Assembly (NCBI GenBank): GCA_963754315.1
Contig: CAVWFS010000014.1
Coordinates: forward strand, 1 to 64,000
Length of the DNA: 64,000 nucleotides
Reading direction: 5' to 3'
Origin: an uncultured Candidatus Rokubacteria bacterium
GTDB lineage: Bacteria; Methylomirabilota; Methylomirabilia; Rokubacteriales; CSP1-6
Positions 1-10,792 of this stretch are shown one piece after another. Both the position numbers and the translations under genes were made by a program. The notes beneath the pieces are model-generated. The model saw nothing but the letters and a program-made list of their open reading frames with translations, did not search any database and had not been told where the DNA came from. Positions within the stretch are counted from its first letter, which is position 1. The number at the start of each line of letters is the position of its first letter.

Positions 1-576
1 CGAAATATAGAGCCCGATCCCATAGAGGATGAGCGCCTTCACCACCACCGCGCCCATGGGAAAGGTACGGTGCTCGACCAGGCTGAGGTATGCCATGGTA
101 AGCAGGAATCCCAGCACACCCAGATGGGCGAAGATGATCACCCGCCGGAACGAGGTACTGGTCTGATCAGCCACCCTGACGAGCGGCAAGAAGTAGAGCC
201 AGCTCCGCTCGCCGCCCGAGCAGTAGGTAGCAAACGAGAGCACGGCGATGTCGGCAGTCAGGAATACCACGCCGAGGTCCACGGCGCGAAGCCGGCCAAA
301 GAACGCGGCCAGAATCAGCCAGGAGAGACCTGCATACGTCACCCCAACCACCGCGAAGGTCAGGGCGAAGCCGCCGGTCGGAACGGGCAACAGGAAGTAG
401 TTATGCAGGTAGACGAAGACGGCCACCATGACGATCCCGAAGAGCCGGAGGGCGGGGATCTGGACCACGTTGAGACGGTGCCGACGGGCCGAGCGCGCCC
501 GAGCGGCCGCCTCGTCGTCCAGATCGAGACCGATGGCGAGGGGCGCCGACTCTTGTCCCGCGTCCGAGCTAGTCAT
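1..576 (-). CDS. Multi-pass membrane protein, N-terminal part (runs off the window); possibly the sensor region of a signal-transduction protein
   Basis: Manual translation from ATG at 576 gives MTSSDAGQESAPLAIGLDLDDEAAARARSARRHRLNVVQIPALRLFGIVMVAVFVYLHNYFLL..., with several hydrophobic segments and no stop before position 1. Not in the ORF track. Confidence 0.65.
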   Translation of the reverse strand, partial: MTSSDAGQESAPLAIGLDLDDEAAARARSARRHRLNVVQIPALRLFGIVMVAVFVYLHNYFLLPVPTGGFALTFAVVGVTYAGLSWLILAAFFGRLRAVDLGVVFLTADIAVLSFATYCSGGERSWLYFLPLVRVADQTSTSFRRVIIFAHLGVLGFLLTMAYLSLVEHRTFPMGAVVVKALILYGIGLYIS

Positions 577-590
577 CGGATTGTCATCGA

Positions 591-667
591 TGGTGCGCCT
601 GGCAGGAATCGAACCTGCGACCCTCGGCTTAGAAGGCCGATGCTCTATCCGACTGAGCTACAGGCGC
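591..667 (-). tRNA. tRNA-Arg (anticodon TCT), CCA encoded
   Basis: Reverse complement is GCGCCTGTAGCTCAGTCGGATAGAGCA-TCGGC-CT-TCT-AA-GCCGA-GGGTC-GCAGG-TTCGATT-CCTGC-CAGGCGC-ACCA, a 77-nt canonical cloverleaf. Confidence 0.97.
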
Positions 668-878
668 TTGTCGAACCTCCAAACAACACTGCGTTCCCAG
701 GCCAACCTGTCGGGTCCACCTGTCAAGGAGGCCCCTGACAGCGCTGACAGGCCACTGACAGTGGACGAGACCTAATCGTCCTCCGACAGGGCCACTGTCT
801 GACCCACCATGCTACGATACTCCGCCTCGGAAGGACCTGCGACTGGGGCAGTCAGGCCAGGCCGTCAACCTCCTGTGA

Positions 879-1163
879 ATGACAATGAAGAAAGTCTCCC
901 GACGCGGCACCCGCACCACGCTCGAACGCGCCATCGACGAGCGCACCGCGATGTCGATGGTGGGCGCTGTCAACCACGCGGTCGATACGATCGTGGACGA
1001 AATTGCCTACGACGTCCTCAGCAACCCCGAGTTTCGGCGCCTGCTCCAGGAACTGGTCTCGCGCCGTTTCGCGCGCTGCTCGCCGGCTGCTCGGGGACGA
1101 GACGAACGGTCAACGATAGCGATGACCGTTCGGCGCGCGGCTTGCGGTTCGATCGTCACATGA
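879..1163 (+). CDS. Small hypothetical protein
   Basis: 94-aa ORF with an amphipathic helical-looking middle (AVDTIVDEIAYDVLSNPEFRRLLQELV); no family recognised. Confidence 0.4.
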   Translation: MTMKKVSRRGTRTTLERAIDERTAMSMVGAVNHAVDTIVDEIAYDVLSNPEFRRLLQELVSRRFARCSPAARGRDERSTIAMTVRRAACGSIVT

Positions 1164-1168
1164 TGTCG

Positions 1169-1435
1169 TCAGCCGAACAGCACCTTCGCCAAGCCTGAAT
1201 CGTCGAGCACAGGATACGTCTCGAGAGTCATGAGATCCGACCAGGCTAGCGACCAGGTCGCCATGGCCTCGGCGTCGTCTGCCTCGGCGACGGCGAACCC
1301 GCGGCGCTGATTCGTGTCGTGCCATCGGCCGATCATCTTGACACCCTTCGGCGGTATGCCTCCTGTCTCCTTGAATCGCGCGATCACGTCCTTGAGATGC
1401 TCGGCGGCGATGGTCCACTGGATGACGAAGAGCAT
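1169..1435 (-). CDS. DUF3303-family protein
   Basis: MLFVIQWT...RFKETGGIPPKGVKMIGRWHD...WSDLMTLETYPVLDD pattern; AGGAGG RBS upstream. Confidence 0.8.
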   Translation of the reverse strand: MLFVIQWTIAAEHLKDVIARFKETGGIPPKGVKMIGRWHDTNQRRGFAVAEADDAEAMATWSLAWSDLMTLETYPVLDDSGLAKVLFG

Positions 1436-1586
1436 GCTCAGCCTCCTATGTTGGGATCGATGAAGAAGCCGTCGCTACCGGATCCGCTCCCAGAGTCTGG
1501 CTGTTCTGATTGGGAAGAGGAAGACGAGCTCGAAACCTGGGGACGTTTCTGGCTTCATTGCCTCGACCGATCTCGAGCCGCCCGAC

Positions 1587-2522
1587 CTAGACGGCGGGGT
1601 CGCGGTCCAGGGCGGCACGCAGATCCACCTCAGGCACCTTGATCGTCACACCGGCCCGCTCCTCCTGGAGCAGCATCGCCACACGCGAATCGCGCTCGGC
1701 CCAGCCGCGGTTGAGCGCTTCGGTTAGCTCGGCAAGGGCGAGATTCGCCATGCGCATGGGCACGTCGTGTTCGCGCCCGAGAGCGGTGGCGAGACTGACG
1801 TCCTTGTGGGCCAGCCTGAGCGCGAACGCAGGGGGCTCGAAGGTGGCTGGCAGAAACTGATCGATGAGACCGTCGAAGGTACGCCGACGGCCGAGCGCGC
1901 CTTGACGGACCGCTTGCCATAGGGCTAGCGGCTCGACGCCCGCCTTCACTCCGAGCGTGAAGACCTCGGCCAGCGCGGTCTGAATGGCGTAGCCCGCACA
2001 ATTGTGGACGAGCTTGGCCACCGAGCCGGCGCCGATCGGGCCCACGTAGCGGGGCTGGTCGCCGATTGCGTCGAGCACCGGCTTGCAGCGGGTGAAGATC
2101 GCCTCGTCACCGCCTACCCACAGTGCCAGCTTGCGCGTGCGCGCCCCCCGCGGCCCTCCACTCACCGGGGCGTCGAGCACGTGCACGCGACGCGCGCCGA
2201 ACTCTGCGTGCAGCCGACGCACGAGGGTCGGCGAGTTGGTCGTGAGATCGACATAGACGCTGTCGGGCTTCATCCCGGCCAGCAGCCCGTCGGTCCCCAA
2301 CCCGACTTTCTCGACCTCGACAGGCCCCGGCAGCGAAGTGAACACGATGTCGGCCTGAGCCCCCACCTGCCGTGGCGTGTCCGTCCACACCGCGCCGGCG
2401 GCAAGGTGCGGCGCCGCCGCGTCCTTGCGGATGTCGTGGACAGCCAGCTGAAACCCACCTTTCAGAACGTTGAGCGCCATGTGCTGCCCCATCGTTCCGA
2501 GTCCGATGAACCCGATCTTCAT
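1587..2522 (-). CDS. NAD(P)-dependent oxidoreductase, 3-hydroxyisobutyrate dehydrogenase/tartronate semialdehyde reductase family
   Basis: IGFIGLGTMG Rossmann motif, DAPVSGG, AKLVHN. Confidence 0.92.
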   Translation of the reverse strand: MKIGFIGLGTMGQHMALNVLKGGFQLAVHDIRKDAAAPHLAAGAVWTDTPRQVGAQADIVFTSLPGPVEVEKVGLGTDGLLAGMKPDSVYVDLTTNSPTLVRRLHAEFGARRVHVLDAPVSGGPRGARTRKLALWVGGDEAIFTRCKPVLDAIGDQPRYVGPIGAGSVAKLVHNCAGYAIQTALAEVFTLGVKAGVEPLALWQAVRQGALGRRRTFDGLIDQFLPATFEPPAFALRLAHKDVSLATALGREHDVPMRMANLALAELTEALNRGWAERDSRVAMLLQEERAGVTIKVPEVDLRAALDRDPAV

Positions 2523-2641
2523 GAGGGCCTCCTCTGCTTGGTGTCATTCGCGCCTGCGAACCGCCCACCCGCCTCACCTCGGCCATCACGGCGCCGCGCG
2601 CGATGGGGCTAGAATCCTCGCACGAGAAAGGAGGTCCGGCC

Positions 2642-3406
2642 ATGCCTTCCGACACTTACCGGATCTACGCGGTCCGCTACGCCCATCGTCAGACGCACTC
2701 GTCCGAGGTCTTCTACGGGGATCATTCCCACGCGCCTATGACCATGGACTACTTCGTGTGGGCCGTCACCGATGGCACCCGCACGGTCGTGGTCGACCTC
2801 GGGTTCACCGAAGCGGTCGGCACCGGTCGCGGCCGCCAGTTCTTGCGCTGTCCATCACGCGGCCTGGCCACGATCGACATCGACTGTGCCAAGGTCGAGC
2901 ATGTGATTCTCAGCCACTTCCACTACGACCATGTTGGAAACTACGCGCTCTTCCCGCGCGCGACCTTCTACGTCCAGGACGCCGAGATGGCCTTCTACAC
3001 GGGGCGGCACGCCGGGCAGGGGGCCTTCCGGCGATCCGTCGAGATCGACGACGTGTGCGCTCTGGTGCGCCTGAATTACGAAGGGCGCGTGGTGTTCGTC
3101 GATGGCGAGCGGGAGATCCTCCCTGGCATTCGGGTGGTGAAGGTCGGCGGCCACACGGCCGGCATGCAAATCGTCACGGTGCAGACCGAGCGTGGACAGG
3201 CCGTGCTCGCCTCCGACGCCTCGCACTACTACCGCAATCTGGAAGAGGGGATTCCGTTCAACACCCTGCATGATCTGCCGGGAATGTACCGGGCATTCGA
3301 GCGGATCCGCGAACGGGCCGGCGCGCCCGATCTGATCGTGCCGGGCCACGATCCCCTGGTGCTCGAACGCCTCAAGCCTGTGGCCGACGGGATCGTCTCC
3401 CTGTAA
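2642..3406 (+). CDS. Metallo-beta-lactamase-fold hydrolase, N-acyl-homoserine lactonase-like family
   Basis: SHFHYDH motif, GGHTAG, ASDASH, PGHD; AGGAGG precedes ATG 2642. Confidence 0.88.
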   Translation: MPSDTYRIYAVRYAHRQTHSSEVFYGDHSHAPMTMDYFVWAVTDGTRTVVVDLGFTEAVGTGRGRQFLRCPSRGLATIDIDCAKVEHVILSHFHYDHVGNYALFPRATFYVQDAEMAFYTGRHAGQGAFRRSVEIDDVCALVRLNYEGRVVFVDGEREILPGIRVVKVGGHTAGMQIVTVQTERGQAVLASDASHYYRNLEEGIPFNTLHDLPGMYRAFERIRERAGAPDLIVPGHDPLVLERLKPVADGIVSL

Positions 3407-3434
3407 GCCGGGGGGAACACCTCAGGCCGCCGGG

Positions 3435-4565
3435 TCAGGTGTCGATGCTGTTCATGACGAGACGCAGAAACGGGCCGACGGCCTCCCTGGCGATCCAGCG
3501 CACGACGACGACCAGGTCGTGCTCGGGATCAATGAAGATGACGTTGCTCCCCGCCCCGCGTGCCGCGTAGCTCGATGCGGGCGCACCGGGGAACTGGGCG
3601 CCGGCGGTGTTGAGCCACCACAGCAGGCCGTACTGCGGGTTGAGTGGGCAGGGCTGACGCATTTCGCGGATCCAGGTGCTCGGGATCAGCGCGCGTTCCT
3701 GCCAGCGGCCATCTCGCTGAAGTAAGAGGCCGAAGCGGGCATGGTCGCGGCTCGACATCCAGAGCCCTCCGCCCCAGTGCGACCCGCCGGGGACGGACGG
3801 CATCCGCACCCCGTCGACGTCGGTGTAGGAGTTGGAATAGGGCTGCCACGTCCAGTCCGACGAGGCGCCAATGGGCTCCATCACTGCCTGCTTCAGGACC
3901 TCGGCCAGCGGCTGGTGGAAGAGCCTCAGCAGCGACAGGCTGAGGCGGTTGACGCGAACGTCGTTGTACTCCCACAAAGTGCCGGGGGATCGCAGCGGTC
4001 TCGGCCGGCCCTTCTGGGAGGCGCCAAGCTCGCTCGTCCCCAGGTCGCGATTGTGGTCGATGCTGTCGGGCTTACCCCACAAGGTCCCGTGCCACTCGCT
4101 GGTCTGCTGAAGGAAATGCCGCCAAGAAATGTCCCGGTTCTGCGGCGACTGCAAGTCTTCGTCGCCACCTGACTCTCGCACCGGGGCATCAAGGTCGTGA
4201 ATCAGCCCACGGTGGAGCGCGAGGCCAGCCAGGACGGAGAGATAACTCTTGGCGACACTGAAGGTCATCTCGGCCCGCCCCGTGTCACCCCACTCAGCAG
4301 CGATGTAGCCCTCCCGCACGACGAGCCCGTTCGGTCCCCCGCGGGATTGCACCGGACCGAGAACGGCGTCGGGCGTTTCCGGCTCGTCGGCAACACCGAT
4401 GTAACGGCCGTTCTCGGTCAGAAAGTCACGCCGCCAGCGTGTCTCGTTTGTGTGGTGATACTCGATGGCCGCTCGCAGCCGTTCGGCGTCCATGCCGAGG
4501 GTGGCGGGTGACCTCGCTTCCCATGCTTCCGGGATCGGACAGTACTCGATTCGTGTCGCGCTGAT
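3435..4565 (-). CDS. Serine hydrolase (beta-lactamase/AmpC-like family)
   Basis: FSVAKS (SxxK), WEYND, YGLLWW, ARGAG. Start is uncertain: an RBS precedes in-frame ATC at 4565 and the first ATG is at 4493. Confidence 0.85.
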   Translation of the reverse strand: MSATRIEYCPIPEAWEARSPATLGMDAERLRAAIEYHHTNETRWRRDFLTENGRYIGVADEPETPDAVLGPVQSRGGPNGLVVREGYIAAEWGDTGRAEMTFSVAKSYLSVLAGLALHRGLIHDLDAPVRESGGDEDLQSPQNRDISWRHFLQQTSEWHGTLWGKPDSIDHNRDLGTSELGASQKGRPRPLRSPGTLWEYNDVRVNRLSLSLLRLFHQPLAEVLKQAVMEPIGASSDWTWQPYSNSYTDVDGVRMPSVPGGSHWGGGLWMSSRDHARFGLLLQRDGRWQERALIPSTWIREMRQPCPLNPQYGLLWWLNTAGAQFPGAPASSYAARGAGSNVIFIDPEHDLVVVVRWIAREAVGPFLRLVMNSIDT

Positions 4566-4683
4566 GATCGGCCTCCTCCGTCCTAGCAATCGGACCGCCG
4601 GGCGCGCGCACACCCTAGCACATGTCGCTGGTGCTCTCCCGAGGGGGGCCGTAAACTGTCGAAGGAGGTCGACGAAAAAGATC

Positions 4684-5892
4684 ATGGCCCATCGTGGACT
4701 CAAGTTTGGAATCTTCCTGGCGCCCTTCCATCGAGTCGGCGAAAATCCCACCTTGGCCCTCGCCCGCGACATGGAGCTGATCGAGTGGCTCGATCACCTC
4801 GGCTATGACGAGGCCTGGATCGGCGAGCACCACTCGGCCGGCTGGGAGCTGATTGCGTCGCCGGAACTGGTGATCGCGGCTGCCGCCGAGCGCACACGTC
4901 ACATCATGCTGGGCTCGGGCGTGACCAGCCTGCCCTATCACCATCCGCTGTTGGTAGCCAACCGCTTCGTACAGCTCGACCACATGACCCGCGGGCGCGC
5001 CATGCTGGGCTGCGGCCCCGGCGCCCTGACCTCCGACGCCTACATGCTCGGCATCGAACCAGTCACTCAGCGGCCGCGCATGGATGAAGCGCTGACCGCA
5101 ATCATGACCCTGCTGCGCTGTGACGAGCCGGTCACCATGAAGACCGACTGGTTCGAGCTGCGCGAGGCGCGCCTGCATCTGGCCCCGTATACCGAGCCGC
5201 ACTTTCCCATCGCGGTGGCGAGCACCCTGACCCCCGCGGGCATGGTGGCGGCGGGCAAGCACGGACTCGGCGTTCTGTCCCTCGCGGCGGGACTGCCCGG
5301 TGGCCCCGAGGCCCTGGCCGAGCAGTGGAAGATCGGCGAGGAGACGGCGGCCCTGCACGGCAAGCGCATGGATCGGGCCGCATGGCGATTGGTCACCAAC
5401 GTCCACGTGGCCGAGGACGACGAACTGGCTTTGCGTCAGGTCACCGCGGGCGAGCGCCACGAGACGGTCACCTACTTCGAGGAGACGCTCGGACGACCCC
5501 CTGGCCGCTCGGACGATCCGCTACGAGACGGGGTGCAGATGGGCACCACTTTGGTCGGCTCGCCGGACACGGTGGCGGCCGGCATCAAACGGTTGCTCGC
5601 GCTCACGCACGGCGGCACCGGCGGCATCCTCTTCCGTGCGCAAGAGTGGGCCAACCGCGAGATCACCCTGAAGAGTTACGAGCTGTTTGCCCGCTACGTG
5701 ATGCCCCAATTCCAGGGTTCCCTCGATACCGTGGTCGACTCCAATCGCTGGGCGCGGGAGGGTCGCCGCGACATCTTCGGACCTAACGTGCAGGCCATCG
5801 CCAAGGCCTACGCCGATGCGGGCCGTCAGATGCCGGCCGAAGCCCTCGCACGAACGACCGGCGCCCGCGACGTCGGACCCCCCACGGATTGA
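4684..5892 (+). CDS. LLM-class (luciferase-like) flavin-dependent monooxygenase
   Basis: FGIFLAPFH, EAWIGEHHSAGWE, LDHMTRGR. Confidence 0.92.
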   Translation: MAHRGLKFGIFLAPFHRVGENPTLALARDMELIEWLDHLGYDEAWIGEHHSAGWELIASPELVIAAAAERTRHIMLGSGVTSLPYHHPLLVANRFVQLDHMTRGRAMLGCGPGALTSDAYMLGIEPVTQRPRMDEALTAIMTLLRCDEPVTMKTDWFELREARLHLAPYTEPHFPIAVASTLTPAGMVAAGKHGLGVLSLAAGLPGGPEALAEQWKIGEETAALHGKRMDRAAWRLVTNVHVAEDDELALRQVTAGERHETVTYFEETLGRPPGRSDDPLRDGVQMGTTLVGSPDTVAAGIKRLLALTHGGTGGILFRAQEWANREITLKSYELFARYVMPQFQGSLDTVVDSNRWAREGRRDIFGPNVQAIAKAYADAGRQMPAEALARTTGARDVGPPTD

Positions 5893-5901
5893 TCCGGAAT
5901 C

Positions 5902-7128
5902 CTATTGGCGCGCGGCTGATCCGCGCCACACCATAGGTCCAGCGACCGGGAGCATGAGGAGCAGCGCAAGAACGGCGCCTGCCGCCGTGGCCGCGGGTGC
6001 CCCCACCTGGCTGGCAAAGAAGCCGATCCAGAGCGTCCCCAGTGGTCCGGTGCCGATGCACGCCGACAGGATGCCGAGGGCGCGACCCCGCACCGCGTCG
6101 GGCGCTTCCAGCATCACGATCGTGCCCTGCATCGTGGCGAAGCCGGACTCGGCAATCCCGAGCACGAGCAGGATGATCAGGGCCAGGGCGTAAGCGGGAG
6201 ACAGCGCGAAGGCGAGGACCAGGGCGCCGGCCACCAGGGCCCCCCCACCGAACACCGCCCGATACTCGAAAAGGCCGCGCGAGGATGCTAGGGCCAGGGC
6301 CCCCGCCAGCGCACCCAGGCCATCGGCAGCGAGAAGGAGGCCTAGCAACTCGGGGCCCACGAGAAAGACATCACGCGCGAAGACGGGAAGCATTTGCTGG
6401 TAGGGAAAGACCAGGAGGTTCATCACGGCCGTCACCAGAAGGACGCCACGAATGAGCCGATGTTCCCACACGGCGCGCAAGCCCTCGGCCAGCCCCCTGG
6501 CCATGGACTCGGTGACCCTTGTGGGGGCGGAGACCGCGCCCTGCAAACGCATCAGGAATACCAGGGACATCGCGTAGAGCAGAGCCACTACCCCGTAGCT
6601 GCCGGGGGCGCCCGTCCACGCGAGCAGCACGCCGCCCACCAGGGGACCGAGCATCTTGGCGAGCTGCATCGACACCGTGTCGAGTGAAATGGCGCTGGCG
6701 AGCCTCGCGGGGCCGACCAGCGTGTAGACGACGCTGCGGCGAACGGTGAAATCCACCGCCCACACGACGCCCAACACCACTTGCAAGCTCACCAACCGCC
6801 CGAAGCTTCCGTGTCCGGTGGCGAAGATGGTGGTGAGGGCCGCCGATGCCACGATGCCTAGAGACTGTGAGGCGATGAGCAGATGGCCGCGATGCGCGCG
6901 CTCTGCAATGATGCCGACCACGGGACCGAGAATCATCATGGGCGCCACACGGCTGAAGGCTGCCACGCCGACCATGAAGGGCGAACCTGTGAGCTTGAGC
7001 GCCACCCAGCCCAGCACGAGCAGGTCCATCCAGCGGGCAATGTTTGCGCAGAGGCCCGCCAGCCAGAGCCTACGGAACGCGAGATCTCGGAGCGCCTCGC
7101 CTGTGCCGAACGCTTGCCAATCCGTCAT
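5902..7128 (-). CDS. MFS transporter
   Basis: FRRLWLAG start, about 12 hydrophobic segments, GIIAERAHR loop, APDAVRGRALG. Confidence 0.88.
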   Translation of the reverse strand: MTDWQAFGTGEALRDLAFRRLWLAGLCANIARWMDLLVLGWVALKLTGSPFMVGVAAFSRVAPMMILGPVVGIIAERAHRGHLLIASQSLGIVASAALTTIFATGHGSFGRLVSLQVVLGVVWAVDFTVRRSVVYTLVGPARLASAISLDTVSMQLAKMLGPLVGGVLLAWTGAPGSYGVVALLYAMSLVFLMRLQGAVSAPTRVTESMARGLAEGLRAVWEHRLIRGVLLVTAVMNLLVFPYQQMLPVFARDVFLVGPELLGLLLAADGLGALAGALALASSRGLFEYRAVFGGGALVAGALVLAFALSPAYALALIILLVLGIAESGFATMQGTIVMLEAPDAVRGRALGILSACIGTGPLGTLWIGFFASQVGAPAATAAGAVLALLLMLPVAGPMVWRGSAARQ

Positions 7129-7191
7129 CGCTATCCGGTCGCCGCATGGTACGCCGTGAATTCGCGGATGCGAGGGGAAAGTCGCTTCTGT

Positions 7192-8010
7192 ATGCTTGGG
7201 GACGTGGCGCCACGCGCACGCTTCGACAAGGACTACTACGGCACGCTCGGTCTCGGACAGGAGACCAGCGAGGAAGACGTCCGCAGGGCGTACCGACGCT
7301 TGGCCCTGCAGTGGCATCCGGACCGTAACGCGGGTGATCCCCGGGCGGCCGAGCGCTTCAAGGAGATCAGCGAGGCATACGCCGTGCTGGTCGATCCCGC
7401 AAAGCGGCGCGAGTACGATCGCGCTCGGCAGATGGGCGCTGCCAGCGGGTTTCGTCACACGCGCGAGGATCTCTTCCGCGACTTGTTCGCCGACCCTCGC
7501 GCGAGCGGCATCTTCGAGGAACTGGCCCGCGAGCTCGGGCGGATGGGGATGCGGGTCGATAGCCGGCACTTTCAGCAGACCCTGTTCGGGGGCCGTGCGG
7601 TCGTGACGGGCGGCGTGTTCGTGATCACGCCGCTCACCGGCGCGTTCGGTCTGCTGCGACTCGCCCAGGCGGCCTTCCGGGGCGCTCAGAAGAATCCTCT
7701 GCCCCCAGGCCGCGGCCTCATCGGCCGTCTCGCCGATGCCGGCCGTTGGTTTCTCGGTGGCCCAGCGGGCGCGTTGAAGGGCGCACAGGAGCGGGATCTC
7801 ACGATCGATCTTCTGCTGTCGCGGAGCGAGGCCGAGCGTGGAGGCCGCAAGCGCCTGACCGTGGAACGCGAGGATGGCCGCGATGAGTTACTGGTCAACA
7901 TCCCCTCTGGCGTCCGTCCAGGCACGCGGTTGCGCCTGCGGGGCAAGGGGCGGCGAACGGCGGGCGGGCCCCCCGGGGACCTGTATCTCGCTGTCAACGT
8001 CACCGACTGA
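7192..8010 (+). CDS. DnaJ-domain protein (J domain plus one C-terminal domain, no zinc finger)
   Basis: KDYYGTLG...AYRRLALQWHPDRN...FKEISEAYAVL; C-terminal IPSGVRPGTRLRLRGKG...PGDLY. Confidence 0.9.
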   Translation: MLGDVAPRARFDKDYYGTLGLGQETSEEDVRRAYRRLALQWHPDRNAGDPRAAERFKEISEAYAVLVDPAKRREYDRARQMGAASGFRHTREDLFRDLFADPRASGIFEELARELGRMGMRVDSRHFQQTLFGGRAVVTGGVFVITPLTGAFGLLRLAQAAFRGAQKNPLPPGRGLIGRLADAGRWFLGGPAGALKGAQERDLTIDLLLSRSEAERGGRKRLTVEREDGRDELLVNIPSGVRPGTRLRLRGKGRRTAGGPPGDLYLAVNVTD

Positions 8011-8101
8011 CCGATCGCCGGTCGTGCTGCAGTGCGCCTAGCTTGACTCCCGCGCCGGAGGTACTGTAGGCGGCGAATCACATCCGAGAGGAGATGCGCC
8101 C

Positions 8102-8266
8102 ATGCCTCTCTACGAGTACTACTGCGAAACCTGCCGCAAAGAAGTCACCATCCCGATGTCGATGAGCGCGCACGACGAGGGCGGGGTCACGTGTCCCCTT
8201 TGCCGTGGACGTGACGTCAGGCCGCTTCTCGGCACCTTCTTCTCGAAGACGTCGCGCAAGTCGTAA
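8102..8266 (+). CDS. FmdB-family zinc-ribbon protein (54 aa)
   Basis: Manual translation MPLYEYYCETCRKEVTIPMSMSAHDEGGVTCPLCRGRDVRPLLGTFFSKTSRKS*; two CxxC motifs; GAGGAG RBS. Not in the ORF track. Confidence 0.88.
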   Translation: MPLYEYYCETCRKEVTIPMSMSAHDEGGVTCPLCRGRDVRPLLGTFFSKTSRKS

Positions 8267-8428
8267 ACCGGCGAGAAGGCTGGTCGCGGGAGTGCCTGTC
8301 CGGTACTCCGAGTGTGCACAGCTGTGGTAATGTTTCGCACTCTTTCGGTTCATGGCGAAGAGCCGTCCGTGCGATCCCAACCAATAAATTCAATTTTATC
8401 AACATTTTATAGTTAGGACCTTGACCTG

Positions 8429-8455
8429 TTAGCACTCTTCGTGTAGAAGTGCTGA
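8429..8455 (+). promoter_or_regulatory. CIRCE element (HrcA operator) upstream of groES
   Basis: TTAGCACTC-N9-AAGTGCTGA versus consensus TTAGCACTC-N9-GAGTGCTAA. A TTGACC -35-like hexamer is at 8421-8426, with an AT-rich tract upstream. Confidence 0.88.
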
Positions 8456-8527
8456 TAGAGATCTTCACGGTCCGAAGCGCACGACCGTTCCAGTGCTCGT
8501 AGACCAATAAAGGAGGGCAAGGCAGGT

Positions 8528-8815
8528 ATGAAGATTCGTCCGTTGCATGACCGCATTCTCGTTGAGCGGCTCGAGGAGAAGGAAGTCAAGAAGGGCGGCA
8601 TCATCATTCCCGACACCGCCAAGGAGAAGCCCCAGGAGGGCAAGGTGATCGCCGCGGGAACCGGCAAGGTCGGCGAGGACGGCAAGAGGATCGCGCTCGA
8701 CGTCAAGGTCAATGACCGCATCCTGTTCGGCAAGTACTCCGGCTCCGAGGTCAAGATCGACGACAAGGAGTACCTGATCCTGCGCGAGGAAGACGTTCTC
8801 GCCGTGCTCGACTAG
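8528..8815 (+). CDS. groES: Co-chaperonin GroES
   Basis: [14 protein letters not shown]...[16 protein letters not shown]...FGKYSG. Confidence 0.98.
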   Translation: MKIRPLHDRILVERLEEKEVKKGGIIIPDTAKEKPQEGKVIAAGTGKVGEDGKRIALDVKVNDRILFGKYSGSEVKIDDKEYLILREEDVLAVLD

Positions 8816-8852
8816 GCTCATTCCACCCACGATCTACGGAGGAAATCGATCG

Positions 8853-10469
<1,617 letters not shown>

Positions 10470-10474
10470 AGATG

Positions 10475-10501
10475 GGGGGGCGCCCTGTTCGGGCGCCCCC
10501 C
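10475..10501 (+). terminator. GC-rich hairpin after the groEL stop
   Basis: GGGGGGCGCCC-TGTTC-GGGCGCCCCCC perfect inverted repeat; T-tract is weak. Confidence 0.6.
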
Positions 10502-10559
10502 GAATCCCTTTCCCCTCGGTAGGGCGTGAGCCCTTACGGCGCGATTCGCCCTCTTCCCG

Positions 10560-10724
10560 TTACCAGACGACGCCGTAGTAGCACTGCATGTCGGTCCGGT
10601 CGTAGCCCTCTATCGGAACGATCGATGTGAGGACAAACGGCGGCTGGGGAGAGCTGGCGGTGGCACAGCTCGTCAGCAGCGGAGTGACGAGCAGCAGCAC
10701 ACGTAGCCACGTCCCATATCGCAC
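10560..10724 (-). CDS. Possible small lipoprotein or gene remnant
   Basis: GTG start, VRYGTWLRVLLLVTPLLTS-C lipobox-like sequence; very short. Confidence 0.35.
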   Translation of the reverse strand: MRYGTWLRVLLLVTPLLTSCATASSPQPPFVLTSIVPIEGYDRTDMQCYYGVVW

Positions 10725-10792
10725 ATGATCTATCCTACACGACGGCAAAGCTCAGCCGTGTGACCGTGTGCTACTGTGGCCGAGGCCCGCCT

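Noticed and set aside
70..775. Plus-strand ORFs 70..738 and 428..775
   Set aside because: They are antisense shadows of the membrane-protein gene and the tRNA.
591..1163. Intact prophage or genomic island at tRNA-Arg
   Set aside because: No integrase, phage genes or duplicated tRNA end were seen in the window.
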